A DNA stretch of 64,000 bases from Pyrinomonadaceae bacterium (lineage in GTDB: Bacteria; Acidobacteriota; Blastocatellia; Pyrinomonadales; Pyrinomonadaceae): positions 1-64,000 of the forward strand of contig JBKBYA010000009.1 in assembly GCA_046313635.1 (NCBI GenBank). The letters are read 5' to 3'. The notes below the pieces were generated by a model. It made no database searches and was not told the origin of the DNA. It saw only the letters and a list, made by a program, of their open reading frames with translations. Both the position numbers and the translations under genes were made by a program. Of the stretch, positions 60,314 through 64,000 are shown in pieces (positions within the stretch are counted from its first letter, which is position 1; each line of letters begins with the position of its first letter).

Positions 60314-61186
60314 ATGCCAAGTCTTCTGGATATGCGCCGGCGCATCAAGTCGGTCAAGAACACGCAGCAGATCACCAAGGCCATGAAGATGGTCGCCGCG
60401 GCCAAGCTCCGCCGCGCACAGGAGCGCGTCACGGCGGCTCGGCCATTCGCGCAAAAGATGACCGAGGTGCTGGGCGGTTTGAGCTCGAAGGTTGCCGACG
60501 AGCTCTCGCATCCGCTGCTCGATGAACGCGGCGATGAAAAGTACCTGATCGTGCTCGTCAGCGCAGATAAAGGCCTTGCCGGAGCATTCAACGCGAACGT
60601 GATCAAGGCGACGCAGGCCTTTCTCACGGAGAATCAGAACAAGACGACCGAGCTGGTGGCTGTCGGCCGCAAGGGCCGCGACTTTTTCAAGCGGCGCAGC
60701 GTCACGATGATCGACGAGTACATCGGTCTCACCGGCACCGGCCAGGTCAAACATCAGGACGCTCTCGACATCGCGCGCAAGATCATCAAGACGTTTACCG
60801 ACGACACGTCGATCGACAAGGTCTTTTTGGTCTACACCGAATTTCGCACCGTCCTGTCGCAAAAGCCTGTCGTCGAGCAGGTGCTGCCGGTGCCGCGAAC
60901 CGTCGTCGACGACGCCGACGCCGGAGCTCAGGCCGAGTACATCTACGAGCAGCCGCCGGCCGAGATCTTTGGCAAGCTTTTGCCGCGACTCATTGAGACG
61001 CAGCTCTACCGGGCGATGCTCGAGTCGGTCGCCTCCGAGCAGGGCTCGCGAATGACGGCGATGGACTCGGCGTCAAAGAATGCCGGCGAGCTCATCGACA
61101 CGCTGACGCTCAATATGAACCGCATCCGCCAGGCCGCGATCACAAAGGAGATCATCGAGGTCGTCTCTGGCGCCGCGGCTCTGTAG
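60314..61186 (+). CDS. atpG: ATP synthase F1 subunit gamma
   Basis: ITKAMKMVAAAKL, DKGLAG, SE..SRM.AM, RQAAITKEI.EVVSGA. Confidence 0.98.
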   Translation: MPSLLDMRRRIKSVKNTQQITKAMKMVAAAKLRRAQERVTAARPFAQKMTEVLGGLSSKVADELSHPLLDERGDEKYLIVLVSADKGLAGAFNANVIKATQAFLTENQNKTTELVAVGRKGRDFFKRRSVTMIDEYIGLTGTGQVKHQDALDIARKIIKTFTDDTSIDKVFLVYTEFRTVLSQKPVVEQVLPVPRTVVDDADAGAQAEYIYEQPPAEIFGKLLPRLIETQLYRAMLESVASEQGSRMTAMDSASKNAGELIDTLTLNMNRIRQAAITKEIIEVVSGAAAL

Positions 61187-61210
61187 CGCAGAGCTCGTAC
61201 TTGCAGACCG

Positions 61211-61248
61211 CTGCCGGATGTTTTGTTAAAAAGCGTCCGGCAGTTTTT
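61211..61248 (+). terminator. Intrinsic terminator after atpG
   Basis: CTGCCGGATG...CGTCCGGCAG-TTTTT. Confidence 0.75.
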
Positions 61249-61313
61249 GTTTCGGAGATTCGCGGAATAGAATTCACCCGCGGCCCCGGCGTCACGTCGC
61301 TTCCGCCTTGCTA

Positions 61314-61553
61314 ATGCATACTTCTAACCTGATCGCACTGATCCTGCTCTCGATCGGCCTGCCGTGGTTGACGTATCTCGGCTTCCGACGCGGCGGCGTG
61401 ATCTGGGGACTCTTGATCCTCTTCTTTTCTTTGATCGCCGGTCTTGCGTTTTGCGTGGTCAAAAAGGCGGGCTGGGTCCCGTGGCTGCTGATTGCCGCCG
61501 CCTGCGTGATCGCCTTTTCAAACCCCGCCAATCGCGTCAGCCACTTTCGCTGA
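61314..61553 (+). CDS. Small hypothetical membrane protein
   Basis: Three hydrophobic segments; fills the gap before the VanZ gene. Confidence 0.55.
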   Translation: MHTSNLIALILLSIGLPWLTYLGFRRGGVIWGLLILFFSLIAGLAFCVVKKAGWVPWLLIAAACVIAFSNPANRVSHFR

Positions 61554-61563
61554 TCGAGCCACG

Positions 61564-62016
61564 ATGGACGATCGATCGCTCCACGGACGGATCTTGCGTT
61601 ACGGGCCGCTCGCGGCCTGGATCGTCGTGATCCTCGTGCTCGGCAGCGGGATGGGTTCGATGAACGAGACCTCGAGATTCATCCGGCCGCTGCTCGAATT
61701 TCTGTTTCCTGAGGCGCCGCCCGAGACCCTCGCGATCTATCACGGCTACATCCGCAAGCTTGCGCATTTTGCCGAATACGGCGTGCTTGCCTTATTCGCC
61801 GCCCGCGCCTTTGCCACCTCGAGCTCGGCGGTGCTGGCCCGTAATTTTTGGGTCGCGTCGGCAGCCCTCGCGCTGATCGTCGCCGCGATAGACGAATTTC
61901 GGCAGTCGTACGATCCGTCCCGCACTTCGTCCGTGTACGATGTGCTGATCGACCTCAGCGGAGCCGCTGCCGCTCTTATCATCGTCGCCGCAGTTCGGCG
62001 CCGGACGTCGCGGTGA
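61564..62016 (+). CDS. VanZ family protein
   Basis: IRKLAHFAEY, DEFRQS..P.RT.S..DV.ID. Confidence 0.9.
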   Translation: MDDRSLHGRILRYGPLAAWIVVILVLGSGMGSMNETSRFIRPLLEFLFPEAPPETLAIYHGYIRKLAHFAEYGVLALFAARAFATSSSAVLARNFWVASAALALIVAAIDEFRQSYDPSRTSSVYDVLIDLSGAAAALIIVAAVRRRTSR

Positions 62017-62126
62017 AGAGGGGCCGCGAGAGACCATCTGACCGCCGGATCCCTACATTCCAAAACGGCGAACATTGTGCGATATTCTAGCGTTATCAAA
62101 TCCGCACCAAAGGAGTAGATAATTCG

Positions 62127-63284
62127 ATGAGCATTTTTGACAAAGTAAAAGACGCCGCGATGAATCAGTTCATCGAGGTGATCGAGTGGCTCGACGACAG
62201 CGGCGACACGATCGTCTATCGCTTCCCGGTCGCGGGGCAGGAGATCAAGAACGGCGCGCAGCTGATCGTACGCGAATCGCAGGCCGCCGTTTTTGTTTAC
62301 GAGGGCCAGGTCGCTGACGTGTTTGAGCCCGGCCGATACACGATCGACGGCGGCAACACGCCGATACTGTCCAAGCTCGGAGCTTGGAAGTTCGGCTTTA
62401 ACTCGCCATTCAAATCGGAGGTCTACTTTGTCAGCACGAAGCAGTTCACCGATATGAAGTGGGGCACGTCAAATCCGGTGATGCTGCGCGACGCGGATTT
62501 TGGGATCGTGCGGCTGCGCGCATTCGGAGCGTACAGCATGCGCGTCGCCGCGCCCGGCGACTTCATCAAGCAGATCGCCGGCACCAGCGCGCAGTTCTCG
62601 ACCGAGGACATCGAGGGCCAGCTCAAGCGTGCGATCGTCTCAGAATTCTCGGACGCGCTCGGCGAGCTAAAGATCCCGGCGCTCGATCTCGCCGCCCAGT
62701 ACAAAGAGATGGGCGACGCGATCCGCGGCAAGATCAACGAAGATTTCGGCACGCTCGGTCTCGAGGTGACCAAGTTCTATATCGAGAACATCTCGGTACC
62801 GCCCGAGGTCGAGGCCGCGCTCGACAAACGCGCTTCGATGGGAGCGCTCGGCGACGCGAATCGTTATATGCAGTTTCAGGCCGCGGATGCGCTTCGCGAT
62901 GCAGCGCAGAATCCCAGCGGCGGAGCCGGTCTCGGAGCCTCGCTCGGCGCGGGCTTTGCGCTCGGCGGGCAGATGGCAAATGCTTTTGGCCAAGGCCAGC
63001 CGCAGAGCGGGCAGGCCGGTCAGGCCGGAGCGGCGACCGTGCCGTGCCCGAGCTGCGGCAAACCGAATGCGGCCGGCGTCAAATTCTGTTCGGAATGCGG
63101 CGGCACGATGGAGGTCGCCAAGGTGCCGTGCATCAAGTGCGGCGCCGAGCTTCGCGAGGGAGCAAAGTTCTGCTCCGAATGCGGCACGAGTCAGGCCAAA
63201 CCCAACTGCGCAAACTGCGGAACCGAGATGGCCCCTGGCGCCAAGTTCTGCCCCGAATGCGGCACAAAGGCAGAAGGTCAATAG
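62127..63284 (+). CDS. SPFH (band 7, YdjI-like) domain protein with three C-terminal zinc ribbons
   Basis: IEVIEW, LIVRESQ.AVF, KWGT..P...RD..FG.VRLRAFG; six CxxC motifs. Confidence 0.9.
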   Translation: MSIFDKVKDAAMNQFIEVIEWLDDSGDTIVYRFPVAGQEIKNGAQLIVRESQAAVFVYEGQVADVFEPGRYTIDGGNTPILSKLGAWKFGFNSPFKSEVYFVSTKQFTDMKWGTSNPVMLRDADFGIVRLRAFGAYSMRVAAPGDFIKQIAGTSAQFSTEDIEGQLKRAIVSEFSDALGELKIPALDLAAQYKEMGDAIRGKINEDFGTLGLEVTKFYIENISVPPEVEAALDKRASMGALGDANRYMQFQAADALRDAAQNPSGGAGLGASLGAGFALGGQMANAFGQGQPQSGQAGQAGAATVPCPSCGKPNAAGVKFCSECGGTMEVAKVPCIKCGAELREGAKFCSECGTSQAKPNCANCGTEMAPGAKFCPECGTKAEGQ

Positions 63285-63384
63285 ATCTCAAACTCCAACC
63301 AAATTCACGGCGGGCGGCGGACTGATCTGCCGCCCTTTGTGTTGATGCCCGCTCGGCGTATTAGAATTGAGTGGAGAAAATTCT

Positions 63385-63561
63385 ATGGCAATCAGTCCCG
63401 AACTTTTGGAGATTCTTCGGTGCCCGAAGTGCAAATCGAAGGTCGAGCTCAGGCCGGATCAGACCGGCTTGAAGTGCGTTAATCCCGAATGCTCACTTGT
63501 TTATCCGATCCGCGACGAGATACCGGTGATGCTGGTCGAAGAGGCGACGGTCGAGAAATGA
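63385..63561 (+). CDS. Trm112/YcaR family protein
   Basis: LLEILRCPKCK...YPIRDEIPVML. Confidence 0.92.
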   Translation: MAISPELLEILRCPKCKSKVELRPDQTGLKCVNPECSLVYPIRDEIPVMLVEEATVEK

Positions 63562-63631
63562 ACGACTGACAATGGAAAGTGGACAATCATCATTCAAATT
63601 GTCCATTGTCTATTGTTCATTATCCGTTGGA

Positions 63632-64000
63632 ATGTCGATTGACTGGCAAAACGTTCGGCGATTACTGGTCGTGCGGCTTCGCTCGATCGGCGATACGGTG
63701 CTGGCGACGCCCTCGCTGATCGCGCTCCGGCGGTTTTTGCCGGATGCTCAGATTGACATTTTGCTGGAGGACCCCGTGGCGGGCGTTCTCGCCGGCCTCG
63801 ACGACGTTAATGTGATCGGTCTTCCGACGCGCAAATCAGTCCGGGTAGAAGGTGGCGCGTTGTCGCGGAGAGACGTGTTGTTTGCTCGCGCCATAACCGT
63901 GTGGTTTTTGCGCGAGCAGAAATATGACGTTGCGTTCAATCTTCATGGCGGCACGACCGGCACATTTTTCACCTTTGCGAGCGGCGCCCGTCACCGCGTC
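63632..64000 (+). CDS. Glycosyltransferase family 9 (heptosyltransferase-like), partial at window end
   Basis: Own translation: MSIDWQNVRRLLVVRLRSIGDTVLATPSL.ALRRFLPDAQIDIL...YDVAFNLHGG. Confidence 0.88.
   Translation, partial: MSIDWQNVRRLLVVRLRSIGDTVLATPSLIALRRFLPDAQIDILLEDPVAGVLAGLDDVNVIGLPTRKSVRVEGGALSRRDVLFARAITVWFLREQKYDVAFNLHGGTTGTFFTFASGARHRV

Noticed and set aside
63815..63880. Possible third in-frame palindromic insertion in the GT9 gene
   Set aside because: Only weak self-complementarity and no second copy in the window.

Overview
GC-rich bacterial chromosomal window. Gene content and organisation suggest an Acidobacteriota (Blastocatellia/Pyrinomonadaceae-like) genome; this assignment is inferred. 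Most genes are housekeeping or metabolic: hppD/phhA, gltX, tRNA-Ser(GCT), murA, selB, folA, tkt, xth, chrA and atpF'FHA-atpG. The most striking region is a five-gene minus-strand module at 18.3-26.4 kb: ECF sigma factor, small soluble putative anti-sigma, cytoplasmic TPR-CHAT caspase-like protease, secreted S8 subtilase and a secreted CHRD/FG-GAP protein. Three of its genes are preceded by an identically spaced motif, TGTCTTTTT-N14-CACTGT, which looks like the cognate ECF promoter. Other notable items: (1) an AlaRS gene lacking the whole N-terminal catalytic domain (possible split AlaRS); (2) palindromic REP/REPIN-like elements inserted in-frame in gltX and in an aldehyde dehydrogenase; (3) a vapBC pair with its own promoter between atpA and atpG; (4) several intergenic heptamer arrays and palindromic repeat families; (5) two gene remnants (aac(3)-I-like, and DUF4199-like next to the tRNA 3' end). 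All family calls come from motif recognition by eye; no database searches were run.
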